From contig DAONFN010000001.1 of the NCBI GenBank assembly GCA_035403625.1, forward strand, positions 1 to 50,833: a DNA stretch of 50,833 nucleotides, read 5' to 3'. The first letter of the stretch is position 1. Every line of letters begins with the position of its first letter. This DNA comes from Bacteroidales bacterium (GTDB taxonomy: Bacteria; Bacteroidota; Bacteroidia; Bacteroidales; FEN-979). The notes below the pieces were generated by a model, which did not search any database, was not told where the DNA came from, and saw only the letters and a list, made by a program, of their open reading frames with translations. This document shows, one piece after another, positions 16,446-26,300 of this stretch. A program made the position numbers and the translations under genes.

Positions 16446-17204
16446 ATGACCGGTCCGTCGGTTGTCATCATCACGCACAACGAGGAGCAGAACATCCTTC
16501 GCACCCTCGGATCCGTGAAATCCTTCGCCGGCGAGATCGTGGTGGTCGACTCCCATTCCACCGACCGTACTGCCGAGATCTGCCGCGAATCCGGGTGCCG
16601 CGTATTCCTCCGCGAATTCAGCGGCTACGGCCCGCAGAAGCAATATGCTGCCGAACAGGCAGCGAGCGACTGGATCTTCTGGATCGATGCCGATGAGGTG
16701 GCCACCCCAGAACTGCAAAAGGAGATCACCGCTCTTTTCGCCGGCCCCGCCAGCCCCGGCGCCGAAGCCTTCCGCATCCCCCGCTCGCTCAGCTACATGG
16801 GACGGATCATGCGCCACAGCGGGGCCGGAAAGGAGTACCTGGTGCGGCTTTTCGACCGCCGGCACGGTCAATTCAACAGCGCAGCTGTCCATGAAAGTGT
16901 AGAGGTTCGGGGAACCACCGGTACGCTCAACGGCGAACTCCTGCATTATTCCTACCGCAGCCTGAGCCATCATCTCGAAAAGATCAACCACTACACCACG
17001 CTGGCAGCCGAAGACCAGGTGCGTAAAGGCAAACGGTATCCCCGCGCATGGGTGGCGCTGAAATTTCCCGTCAGTTTCTTCACTTTCTATGTTCTCAAAG
17101 GCGGGATCCTCGACGGTTATCCCGGCCTGGTATGGTCGTTCCTGGCCGCCTTCTATGGCGCGATGAAGATCGCAAAGACGATCGAAAAAACCGGCCGGAC
17201 ATGA
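16446..17204 (+). CDS. Glycosyltransferase family 2 (LPS-core type)
   Basis: N-terminus SVVIITHNEEQNILRTLGSV...VVVDSHSTDRT and DxD-like WIDADE; 252 aa. The stop overlaps the next start (ATGA). Confidence 0.85.
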   Translation: MTGPSVVIITHNEEQNILRTLGSVKSFAGEIVVVDSHSTDRTAEICRESGCRVFLREFSGYGPQKQYAAEQAASDWIFWIDADEVATPELQKEITALFAGPASPGAEAFRIPRSLSYMGRIMRHSGAGKEYLVRLFDRRHGQFNSAAVHESVEVRGTTGTLNGELLHYSYRSLSHHLEKINHYTTLAAEDQVRKGKRYPRAWVALKFPVSFFTFYVLKGGILDGYPGLVWSFLAAFYGAMKIAKTIEKTGRT

Positions 17205-18928
17205 ACGCTTCCCTCTCCCTGCGGCCCTTTCCATTCACATGGAAACAGTTCGAGCGATATTGGTACATCTTCTCGCTTTGCATCATTATCATTGCGTTGC
17301 CCTATTCGAAAGTCGGACTGAGCATCGGGCAGATGATGATGGCCGGCGGATGGATCGTCGAACGGTTTGATTATAAACGATGGGTGGAAAAGATGCGGGG
17401 ATGGACCATCCCGCAGCGGATGCTGCAACTTTTCCCGTTGTCCTTCGGATTGCTCTTCCGCGGCATTTTCGGGGGCTTCCGGGAATTCGGCCGGCGCAGG
17501 GCAGCCATCCTTTTCAGTTCGATCCTGCTGATGCACGTGCTGGGACTTATCTTCACCACCGATTTCGGCTACGCCTTCAAGGACCTGCGTACCAAACTTC
17601 CGCTCTTCCTGCTGCCTTTGTTCCTCTCCACCTCCAAGGCCTTCGACCGGACCGCCTTTTATCGTTTCCTCGCGCTCTTCGTGCTGGCTGTCACCGTACG
17701 CTCGGTTTTCAATGCCTGGATGATCGCTACCCATACCTACCCCGACATCCGCGAGGTATCGCATAATATTTCCCACATCATCTTCAGCCTGCAACTCAGC
17801 ATCAGCCTCTATATCCTGCTTTTCTTCCTGTTGAAACGGGGGATCCTGGCCCTGTGGCAGCGTATCGCCCTGTTGCCGGTGTTGCTCTGGCTGGTGGCGT
17901 ACATCCTGCTGTCGCATTCGTTCACCGGGCTGGCCATCAGCGTGCTCACCCTGTTGATCCTGGTGCCGATCCTGATCTTCCGCACTCGGAAACACTGGCT
18001 GAAGGTTGCATTATCTGCGATGATCCTGATCATCGGAAGCTGGGTCTTTTTCACCATCCGAAGTGTCGTAAAGGAGTATTATCATGTGAACCCGGTCGAC
18101 TTAAGCCATCTTGAAAAATTCACCTCCCGCGGAAATCCTTACATACACAATCCCTATTCAAACCAGACCGAAAACGGGAATTACGTTTGGATCTATGTCA
18201 ACTGGGACGAGATGCGCGCGGCATGGAATGCGCGGAGCCGGATGCCTTTCGACAGCGTGGGGAAGAAAAAGGAGACGGTTGCATTTACGGTGGTGCGCTA
18301 CCTCTCATCGAAAGGCTGGCGGAAGGATGCCGACGCGGTGGAACGACTGAGCCCGAAGGAGGTGACTGCCATCGAAAACGGGGTGGCAAACTGCATCTTC
18401 CTTGAAAAATTCAGCATTCGCGGAAGGCTGTATGAGTTTATCTGGGGATTTGATCAGTACCGGAAAACCGGCGACCCGACGGGTTCGACTACCATGCAGC
18501 GCGTGGAGTTCTGGAAAGCCTCGCTCGGGATCATCCGCGATTATTGGCTCACGGGAGTGGGAACCGGCGACATGAACCTGGCTTTTGCGGCACAATATGA
18601 AAAGATGCACACGCAACTGCCGCCGGAACAACGCTGGCGATCGCACAACCAGTTCCTCTCCATCCTGGTCGGGTTCGGGGTACTCGGATTTGCCTGGTTC
18701 CTGCTGGCCTTCTTCTATCCCCCGGCGATACTGGGCCGTTACGACGACTGGTTCTTTCTGGTCTTCATGATCATCAGCGTGCTTTCGATGCTGACCGGCG
18801 ACACCATCGAGTCGCAGACAGGAGTGTCGTTCGTCGCCTTTTTCTATTCCCTGTTGCTTTTTGCGCGCAGGGAGAAAGACCCGCTGAATATTGTCTCACC
18901 GATATCCCTGCCGGATGGAAACCGATAG
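17201..18928 (+). CDS. O-antigen ligase / Wzy_C-family polytopic membrane protein
   Basis: About 10 TM segments plus a large loop, and a C-terminal RWRSHNQFLSILVGFGVLG motif typical of the O-antigen ligase family. Start set at MNASLSL (17201), a 4-nt overlap with the GT2 stop. Confidence 0.7.
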   Translation: MNASLSLRPFPFTWKQFERYWYIFSLCIIIIALPYSKVGLSIGQMMMAGGWIVERFDYKRWVEKMRGWTIPQRMLQLFPLSFGLLFRGIFGGFREFGRRRAAILFSSILLMHVLGLIFTTDFGYAFKDLRTKLPLFLLPLFLSTSKAFDRTAFYRFLALFVLAVTVRSVFNAWMIATHTYPDIREVSHNISHIIFSLQLSISLYILLFFLLKRGILALWQRIALLPVLLWLVAYILLSHSFTGLAISVLTLLILVPILIFRTRKHWLKVALSAMILIIGSWVFFTIRSVVKEYYHVNPVDLSHLEKFTSRGNPYIHNPYSNQTENGNYVWIYVNWDEMRAAWNARSRMPFDSVGKKKETVAFTVVRYLSSKGWRKDADAVERLSPKEVTAIENGVANCIFLEKFSIRGRLYEFIWGFDQYRKTGDPTGSTTMQRVEFWKASLGIIRDYWLTGVGTGDMNLAFAAQYEKMHTQLPPEQRWRSHNQFLSILVGFGVLGFAWFLLAFFYPPAILGRYDDWFFLVFMIISVLSMLTGDTIESQTGVSFVAFFYSLLLFARREKDPLNIVSPISLPDGNR

Positions 18929-19847
18929 CCGCTGGATGATGATCGTCAACCCCAACGCCGGGGTTAAGAAGGGAACCCGCGACTGGCCGGAGATCCTGAG
19001 CCTGCTGGAGGAAGAGGGTGTCGAATTTGAGTTCCGGCTGACGGCGGCGCGGGGCGATGCGATCCGGATCGCCGCCGAAGCCATCGCTACCGGGTATCGT
19101 AACCTTTGCGTGGTCGGCGGCGACGGCACACTCAACGAGGTTCTAAACGGGATTATAGCCTCCGAAGGAGCCGCTGCCGAGGTAGTGCTGGGAATGATCC
19201 CAGTGGGGACGGGCAATGACTGGTGCCGCATGTTTGACATCCCGTTCGGCTACCGCGAGGCGATCCGGCTGTTGAAGAAACGGAAACTTTTCCTGCAGGA
19301 TGTAGGGATGGTGACCTATTACCATCATGAAAAGACGGAACAGCGGTATTTCATGAATGTGGCAGGGATGGGGTATGATGCGCTGGTGGCCAAGAAGACC
19401 AACCTCTTGAAAGAGAAGGGGATGGGAGGCCCGCTTACCTACCTGTGGTTCGTCTTTACCGGTCTGTTCCAGTTCAACTTCATGGAGGCGGTGATCGAAG
19501 TGGACGGGAAGCCGGAATTCAGGGGAGAGATCTTTTCGATGAATGTCGGAATTTGCAAATACAGCGGGGGAGGGATGATGCAGGTGCCTTTTGCGGTTCC
19601 CGATGACGGGTTGCTCGACGTGACGATCATCAAAAAGACCTCGAAATGGTACGTGGTACGGTACACGAAAAAACTCTACGACGGCACGCTGGCCGGACTG
19701 CCTTTTATCTCCACGTTTCGTGGCCGGAGTGTAAGGATCCGTTCCACCGGCCGCATCTATCTCGAAGCCGATGGTGAGTCGCTGGGGCACACGCCGTTTA
19801 CTTTTGAGGTGTTGCCGAAGTGTTTGACTGTGGTGGTAGGACCCTGA
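18915..19847 (+). CDS. Diacylglycerol/lipid kinase family protein (YegS-like)
   Basis: MMIVNPNAGVKKG, VVGGDGTLNEV and IPVGTGNDW motifs of the DAGK catalytic domain. Start set at METDSRW (18915), a 14-nt overlap with the upstream gene. Confidence 0.85.
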   Translation: METDSRWMMIVNPNAGVKKGTRDWPEILSLLEEEGVEFEFRLTAARGDAIRIAAEAIATGYRNLCVVGGDGTLNEVLNGIIASEGAAAEVVLGMIPVGTGNDWCRMFDIPFGYREAIRLLKKRKLFLQDVGMVTYYHHEKTEQRYFMNVAGMGYDALVAKKTNLLKEKGMGGPLTYLWFVFTGLFQFNFMEAVIEVDGKPEFRGEIFSMNVGICKYSGGGMMQVPFAVPDDGLLDVTIIKKTSKWYVVRYTKKLYDGTLAGLPFISTFRGRSVRIRSTGRIYLEADGESLGHTPFTFEVLPKCLTVVVGP

Positions 19848-19912
19848 CGGGGTGGCAGGATTGTAGCCCGGGGAGGCGGTCAGAAGATGGAACCCCGTCT
19901 GGGTGGCAGGAC

Positions 19913-21082
19913 CTAAGGCTCCACCCAGTCGCCCGATTCCTTGATCAGGGCGATCAGTTCTTCGACGGCCTGCGACTCGTCGATGTTCTTTTTCACCAGC
20001 TTCTGCGCCTGGTAAAGATGGATCTTGCCGCTGCCGGCACCCACAAACCCGTAATGGGCATCGGCCATCTCGCCCGGCCCGTTCACCACGCAACCCATCA
20101 CGGCGATCTTCAACCCTTTCAGGTGCGAGGTGCTCTCACGGATTTTATGCAACGCCTCCTGGATGTTATACTGAGTGCGGCCGCAGGAAGGACACGACAC
20201 GTATTCGGTGCGGGTGATGCGCACCCCGGCCGACTGAAGGATACTATACGCGGCAGGGACTTCGTTTTCAGGATCTTCGGTGAGTGAAACCCGAATGGTG
20301 TCGCCAATGCCGTCGGCCAAAAGACTGCCGATGCCGATAGCCGACTTGATCCGTCCGTCCTCGCCGTCGCCCGCTTCGGTCACCCCCAGGTGAAGCGGAA
20401 AATCCATTCCGGACTGCCTCATCCGTTCCACAAACAACCGGTTGGCCTCGATCATCAAACGGATATTACTGGCTTTCAATGAGAATACAAGATTCTTAAA
20501 GGAATGGCTTTCACAGATCCGGGCAAACTCCAGCGCCGACTCAACCATGCCCGCCGGCGTATCACCATACTGTTTCATGATCCGTTCCGACAGGGAGCCA
20601 TGGTTGACCCCGATCCGGATGGCGGTGCCATTTTCCTTACAGATCTTCAGCAACGGGCTCAGACGGTCGGAAATGGCTTCGAGGACGAGATCCTTTTCGT
20701 GGTCGTGCGAAGCGTGACGCGTGACGCGCAACGGGAGGTAATTGCCCGGGTTGATGCGAACTTTCTCCGCAATGGTTGCCGCCACCTCGGCGATCTTGGC
20801 ATTGAAATGGACGTCGGCGATCAGCGGTGTAGTATAACCCTGTTTCCGTAGTTCTTTTTTGATTTCGCGGAGGTTTTCCGCCTCTTTCATGTATGGCACG
20901 GCGATGCGCACATACTCGCTGCCCGCCCCGATCAGCCGGATGGCCTGCTGAACCGTGGCCTTCGTGTCGAGGGTGTCGGTGTTGGTCATCGACTGTACCC
21001 GTACCGGGTAATTCCCGCCCAGGGGAACCTCGCCGATATTCACCACACGGGTCGGAAATCGGTATACTTTATCAGGAGTCAT
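19913..21082 (-). CDS. ispG: 4-hydroxy-3-methylbut-2-enyl diphosphate synthase, short two-domain form
   Basis: VRVQSMTNTDT, RINPGN, RIGVNHGSL, and C-terminal CPSCGRT...GCVVNGPGE cluster ligands. Start set at the ATG at 21082, because the ORF-track TTG at 21100 overlaps the -7 box. Confidence 0.9.
   Translation of the reverse strand: MTPDKVYRFPTRVVNIGEVPLGGNYPVRVQSMTNTDTLDTKATVQQAIRLIGAGSEYVRIAVPYMKEAENLREIKKELRKQGYTTPLIADVHFNAKIAEVAATIAEKVRINPGNYLPLRVTRHASHDHEKDLVLEAISDRLSPLLKICKENGTAIRIGVNHGSLSERIMKQYGDTPAGMVESALEFARICESHSFKNLVFSLKASNIRLMIEANRLFVERMRQSGMDFPLHLGVTEAGDGEDGRIKSAIGIGSLLADGIGDTIRVSLTEDPENEVPAAYSILQSAGVRITRTEYVSCPSCGRTQYNIQEALHKIRESTSHLKGLKIAVMGCVVNGPGEMADAHYGFVGAGSGKIHLYQAQKLVKKNIDESQAVEELIALIKESGDWVEP
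20712..20728. repeat. 2.4 tandem heptamers GCGTGAC inside the ispG CDS
   Basis: Read directly: gcgtgac gcgtgac gcg. They encode RVTRHA in the segment after the NPGN motif. Confidence 0.85.
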
Positions 21083-21097
21083 GAGAATTTCAAAAGA

Positions 21098-21105
21098 CAA
21101 AAGTA
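21098..21105 (-). promoter_or_regulatory. -7 promoter box TACTTTTG for ispG
   Basis: The plus strand reads CAAAAGTA, 16 bp upstream of the ATG at 21082. On the coding strand it is preceded by AATCG, as at the nitrilase-family promoter. Confidence 0.6.
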
Positions 21106-21193
21106 CGATTCTCGGGTGAAACTGACCCGGATTCCTGATGCGGACGATTACCGCTAACCGGATGGAACTCCTTCAGGTCATAAAAGAAAATGC

Positions 21194-21201
21194 TAATTTT
21201 G
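21194..21201 (+). promoter_or_regulatory. -7 promoter box TAATTTTG for regulator 1
   Basis: Full TAnnTTTG match 44 bp upstream of the ATG at 21245. Confidence 0.5.
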
Positions 21202-21244
21202 TATAAACCGAGGGGATTTTACGTTGCCTGGCAAAACCTTGTTT

Positions 21245-22918
21245 ATGAATAGGTTACAAGCTGTTATATGGGTTTTCCTTGTCGTGCTGAGTTCTGCCGC
21301 ACTCCATCCTTCTCCGGTTTTCGGGTCTATTGATTCCATCGTGGTTCACAATTATCTGAAAGCAGCGGGAAAACTCGAACGTACCAACCCGGATTCTGCC
21401 TTAAAACTCGCTGATAAAGCCTATCAGAAGGCCCTCAAATCGACGGAACCCGGTCTCCTGGCCGATGCCTACGGCAAATTTGCCAGCATTTATTACTATT
21501 CAGGGAACCTGCAACTGGCCATCGATTACAATTATAAGGCATTGAGTCAGCTCGAAGAAACAACAGGCGACAAGGAATCGCCTCGATACCTGGTATCCAC
21601 TGCCAAGACTTACTGCAACATCGGAAATTGTTATTTCGATCTGAAAATGATCGATATGGCCCTTACTCAGTATGAAAAATCACTTTCCATCATCGACGAG
21701 ACGAATAAAAAAAGGCCCGGCATTTTCACTCCGATGAACCGGATGCTGCTGCTGCATAACACCGGCAATATCCTTGCGGAAAGGAAAGACTTCGAAAAGG
21801 CCAAACAATATTACCGCATGGCTGAAAAGATCAACCAATCGGTGGGGGACATGCAGGTGAAAGCCGGACTGCTCGAAAGCATGGGGGTGATCCTGATGAA
21901 GGAATCTCATCCCGATGAGGCCTACCGCTATTTCACCGAGGCCATGGAAGTCAGGGAACAGCAGAAGGATATGCGTGGGATCGTGGGAACCTATATTTTC
22001 CTGGGCGATTATTTCAGCAACCGGAAACAGGTAACCGAAGCGGAGCAATGGTACCGGAAGGCCATCCACCTGGGAAAACAGACGGCCCGCTGGACACTTG
22101 TGCAGATTGCCGCCGACAGTCTGACCCATATCTACCTGGCTGCCTCGGATTACAAGAATGCGTTTGCTATGAATTTGTTCAGCAATCAGCTGAACGACAG
22201 TGTCTTTAACAACCGAAGCGAGGCCAATCTTACCCGGACGGCCCTCCAGTTTGAATTCGACCGGCAGATTAAAAATCAGGAACTGAAACAACAAAAGGAG
22301 ATTAACAGCCAGAAGAACCGGGTCACCTTTTTTATTTTCCTTTCGACGGTTTTTCTTCTCTCAAGCATTCTCGTGGTATTGCTATTCCTCAACCAGCGCA
22401 AGAAACTGGCCAATGCCAAGCTCCGGCAGAAGCACCTTGACCTGGAGAGCACCAATATCCGCCTGGAGCGGGAAAAGCTTGAATCGGAACTGGTCCAGAA
22501 GAACAAGGAACTCACCACCAACGTGATGTACCTGGTTCAGAAGAATGAGTTCATTACGGATATTGCCCAGCGGACCAAGGAACTCATCTCCCGGCCGCCC
22601 GACCAGGCGAAAGAGGCGTTCAACGCCCTGCTGGCGGATCTGCAGCGGAACACCGACGACAAGGTATGGAAGGAGTTCGAGGTTCGCTTCCAGGACGTAC
22701 ACCAGGATTTTTACCGGCGCCTGAACGAACGCTTTCCCGACCTCACCCCCAACGAGAAAAAACTGGCCGCATTCCTCCGGTTGAATATGTCGACCAAGGA
22801 TATTTCCGCCATCACCTTCCAATCGCCCGACAGTATCCGCATCGCCCGGTCACGGCTCCGAAAAAAACTGGAGCTTCCTTCCGACGATAACCTGATCGGA
22901 TTTCTTGAATCAATATAG
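21245..22918 (+). CDS. Transmembrane one-component regulator: signal peptide, TPR sensor region, single TM, coiled coil, C-terminal LuxR/GerE-type HTH
   Basis: N-terminus MNRLQAVIWVFLVVLSSAAL; TPR-like repeats (…AYGKFASIYYYSGNLQLAIDYNYKAL…); TM VTFFIFLSTVFLLSSILVVLLFL; C-terminus LTPNEKKLAAFLRLNMSTKDISAITFQSPDSIRIARSRLRKKL. It is a paralogue of the gene at 39344. Confidence 0.8.
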   Translation: MNRLQAVIWVFLVVLSSAALHPSPVFGSIDSIVVHNYLKAAGKLERTNPDSALKLADKAYQKALKSTEPGLLADAYGKFASIYYYSGNLQLAIDYNYKALSQLEETTGDKESPRYLVSTAKTYCNIGNCYFDLKMIDMALTQYEKSLSIIDETNKKRPGIFTPMNRMLLLHNTGNILAERKDFEKAKQYYRMAEKINQSVGDMQVKAGLLESMGVILMKESHPDEAYRYFTEAMEVREQQKDMRGIVGTYIFLGDYFSNRKQVTEAEQWYRKAIHLGKQTARWTLVQIAADSLTHIYLAASDYKNAFAMNLFSNQLNDSVFNNRSEANLTRTALQFEFDRQIKNQELKQQKEINSQKNRVTFFIFLSTVFLLSSILVVLLFLNQRKKLANAKLRQKHLDLESTNIRLEREKLESELVQKNKELTTNVMYLVQKNEFITDIAQRTKELISRPPDQAKEAFNALLADLQRNTDDKVWKEFEVRFQDVHQDFYRRLNERFPDLTPNEKKLAAFLRLNMSTKDISAITFQSPDSIRIARSRLRKKLELPSDDNLIGFLESI

Positions 22919-22954
22919 ATGTAAATCAGCAAATTAAGATTTGCTTGTTTACAT
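22919..22954. promoter_or_regulatory. AT-rich 16-4-16 imperfect palindrome immediately after the regulator 1 stop
   Basis: ATGTAAATCAGCAAAT-taag-ATTTGCTTGTTTACAT, with 14 of 16 arm positions complementary and no T-run after it. It could be an operator or a weak terminator. Confidence 0.4.
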
Positions 22955-23094
22955 AATGTCACGCGGATTTCTTTCCCGGTCCTTCCTTTCTTGTTTCCGC
23001 TGAAATAAATTTTCGGGTTGTTGCTTTTTTGTAACACCCTGTTTCTTTGAACGGGCCCCGGGTGACTCTAAATTTACCGAAATTCTTGACCGGC

Positions 23095-23304
23095 ATGAGC
23101 TCTGAGGAAATCGTCTTTGATGAAGAAGGCACTGAAAACAGGACCGAACTGGAAAAACTTCTGCTGCAAAAACAGCAGGAAACGGAAGCCCTGAAACGGC
23201 TCATCGACATCCTCGGGAAACCCGACCGGCCGGAGAGTGAACCTCCCCGGAAGACGGAACAAAATAAAAATCAACTATCTACAGACAATCAAACCAGTAT
23301 CTAA
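23095..23304 (+). CDS. Possible 69-aa coiled-coil small protein (hypothetical)
   Basis: MSSEEIVFDEEGTENRTELEKLLLQKQQETEALKRLIDILGKPDRPESEPP... lies on the same strand between regulator 1 and its cargo gene. There is no homology support. Confidence 0.3.
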   Translation: MSSEEIVFDEEGTENRTELEKLLLQKQQETEALKRLIDILGKPDRPESEPPRKTEQNKNQLSTDNQTSI

Positions 23305-23320
23305 CCAAAAACATGCGAGT

Positions 23321-26300
23321 ATGAAAAAGTGGGTACTATTTTTATTTTTCGGATTGTTCCTCGCCGGGCAAAGCCATGCCCAGCTGACCGGGACAAAGAG
23401 TATTCCGGGTGACTATGCGACCCTGGCGGCGGCCATTACCGACCTGAATGCCAACGGTGTAGGTATCGGCGGGGTCACCTTTATCGTGGCCGACGGGTAC
23501 ACGGAAACCTTTGCAACACCCTCTGCCGGACTGATCAGCACTTCGTCGAGCAACAGTTCCCGGCCGGTTCTTTTTACCCGTTCGGGGGAAGGTACCGCCC
23601 CGGTGATCACAGCGGCCATTGGCAATGGAAGCGCCGATTATATTTTCTGCCTTTCGGGTACGAGCAGCATTACGTTCGACGGGATCGCCATCCGGGAAAA
23701 TCCTTCAAACTCCATCCCCGAACAACAGGTGGAATGGGGCTTTGCCATTCTCAAAGCATCGGCAACCCAGGGTTCACAGGATGTGGTGATTAAAAATTGC
23801 TCCATCACGCTTGACAAGACGAACCCCGGATCGACCGGGATTTACATGGACAATGTTACCATCGCGGATCCTGCCATCCAGCTGACCATCACGGATTTAT
23901 CCGGGACCAATTCCGGTAATAAGTTTTACAACAATGTTTTAGACAACGTTAACCGGGGTATTTATCTTTCCGGCTATGCCGACCCGAATGCTCCTTATTC
24001 TTATTATGATCAGAACAACGACATCGGATCGCTGGGCGGCAACCATGTTACGAACTTTGGAACCGGCAGCCAGGCCGTTTACGGGATCTATGCCGCTTAC
24101 CAGAACGGACTGACCATCGCAAATTCGACCATCAACGGGGGAGACGGGAGCACCGGGCCCGTGTATGGGATTTACGGCGGCACAGCCAATAATGCCAGCG
24201 TGAATATTTACGGCAACACCATCACTGTGACCAGTGCCGGTACCACGGCAGGTCTCTATGGCATCTACAACGCAGGCCTTGGAAACGGAGGGACCTCCAA
24301 CACCCTGAATTTCTACAGCAACTCCCTGGTTAACTGTACATATCCTACCGCGACGGCCGCCATCTTTTACGGGATCTATAACGTAGCCACAGCCGGCACG
24401 ATCAACCTGTACTCGAACACGGCCCGGTACAACACCACGGGCGGCACCACCCAGCAGTACCTGATCTACACCAATTCGACGGCCGGAAATTCGGTCAACG
24501 TCTATAATAACCAGGTCTCCGACAATCAATGCACGGGAACCGGGTCGCAAACCGACCGGAGCTATATATTCGGCATCCAGACCATCGGTTGGGGAAACAT
24601 TACCATCCACGACAACCTGATATACAATCTCACCCTGCCCGCGCAGAATAAATTCGGCGCTGGTATTTACGGGATCCATGGAGGATTTTCCGCGTCCAAC
24701 AGCGCTATTTACAATAACCTGATCCACGATCTTTCGGTTGCCGGCTCGATGACTTCAAGCACCAGCACGGTCATTTACGGGATCTATTCATCCCTTAACA
24801 GTTTTACCAACGTGGGGACGAACAGCATCCGTGGAAATACCATATATAATTTGCAAATGACGTTGTCTTCCACTTATGGCGGATATATGTATGGCATCTA
24901 TTGCCAATATTATAACAACCTCTATTCGAACAATGTCTCAAACCTTGGTTTTACCAACACCTCCAACGGTTACGGGTACGGTGCAGGCATCTACTACAGC
25001 AGCAACGGGATTGGCTATATTCACGAAAACAGCATCAACAACTGCTCGATGGGGGGAACCTCGGCCTATTTCTACGGCTTGCAGATCAATGGCGGAGATA
25101 ACGTGTATGCATACAACAACATGATCGCCGACCTCAACGCCCCCACCTCCACCGTAGCCCACGCACTCAGCGGCATCTATGTCGTGAACCCGGTACAGGC
25201 AGGCATCTACAACAACAGCATCTACCTGAATGCCACCAGCAACTCCACGGGCAATTTCGGAACGAACGGGATTTATATTACCACCTCCGCCCTGGTCGAC
25301 CTGCGGAACAACCTCATCATCAACACCTCCTCAGCCCCGTCGAGCACCACGTACAAGACCGTTGCTTACCGGCGAAGCTCGGCCACTTTCAGTACCTATG
25401 CCACCACCTCTAATTACAACGATTTTTTTGCGGGTACGCCGTCGGCTACCAACCTGATTTTTTATGACGGTACCACCGGCATCCAGACCCTGTCCGATTT
25501 CAAAGTGTTTGCGGTTCAGCGGGATGCGAATTCCATTTCGGAACTCCCACCCTTTTCGAATATCACCACCCAGCCCTGGGACCTCCACATTAAATCCTTT
25601 GTGCCCAACCAATGCGAGAGTGGCGGATCGGTCATATCGGGTATCGTGAACATTACCACCGATTTTGACGGTATGCCCCGGTATCCGAACCCCGGCTACC
25701 CGGAAAGGACCGGTTATCCGCCCACAGCGCCTGATATGGGAGCACACGAATTCGGCGGAATCCCGCTCGACCTGACGCCTCCCAGCATTCTTTTCACGCC
25801 GCTTGGAAAAACCTCTTCCACCCGGGCACGGTCGCTGAATGTTACCGTACAGGATGCCAGCGGGGTCCCCACCGGCGGGTCCGGCGTTCCCGTACTTTAC
25901 TGGAAAAGGTCAGCGGCGGGTTCATGGAATGCCGCGCCGGCCGATGCCGTTAACGGGAACATTTACACGTTTACTTTCGGCGACGGAGTCGTTCTCAATG
26001 ATACCGTTTACTATTATATTGTTGCACAGGATAACGTCACTCCGGCACCCAATGTAGGAGCAACCCCTTCAAATGTATCCGGTTATTCGGCCGATCCCCC
26101 GGCCTGCAGCGTTCCTCCGCCCGATGCTTCCTGTTATTCCTATAAAATCGTCGGGAGTTTATGCGGAACGTTTCAGGTTGGAACAGGACAAACGTACCCC
26201 ACCCTCACCTCCGCCCTGAATGCCCTGAACCAGATGGAAGTGACCTGCCCGGTGATTTTCGAGCTGACCGACGCAACGTACCCGTCGGAGACCTTCCCGC

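Noticed and set aside
19848-19912. Direct repeat GGGTGGCAGGA (19851-19861 and 19901-19911) and an ACGGGGT/ACCCCGT pairing in the lipid kinase/ispG convergent spacer, considered as a terminator.
   Set aside because: The 7-bp stem encloses a loop of about 37 nt and has no U-tract in either direction, so it is not convincing as an intrinsic terminator. The 11-bp direct repeat occurs only twice and I could not link it to anything else.
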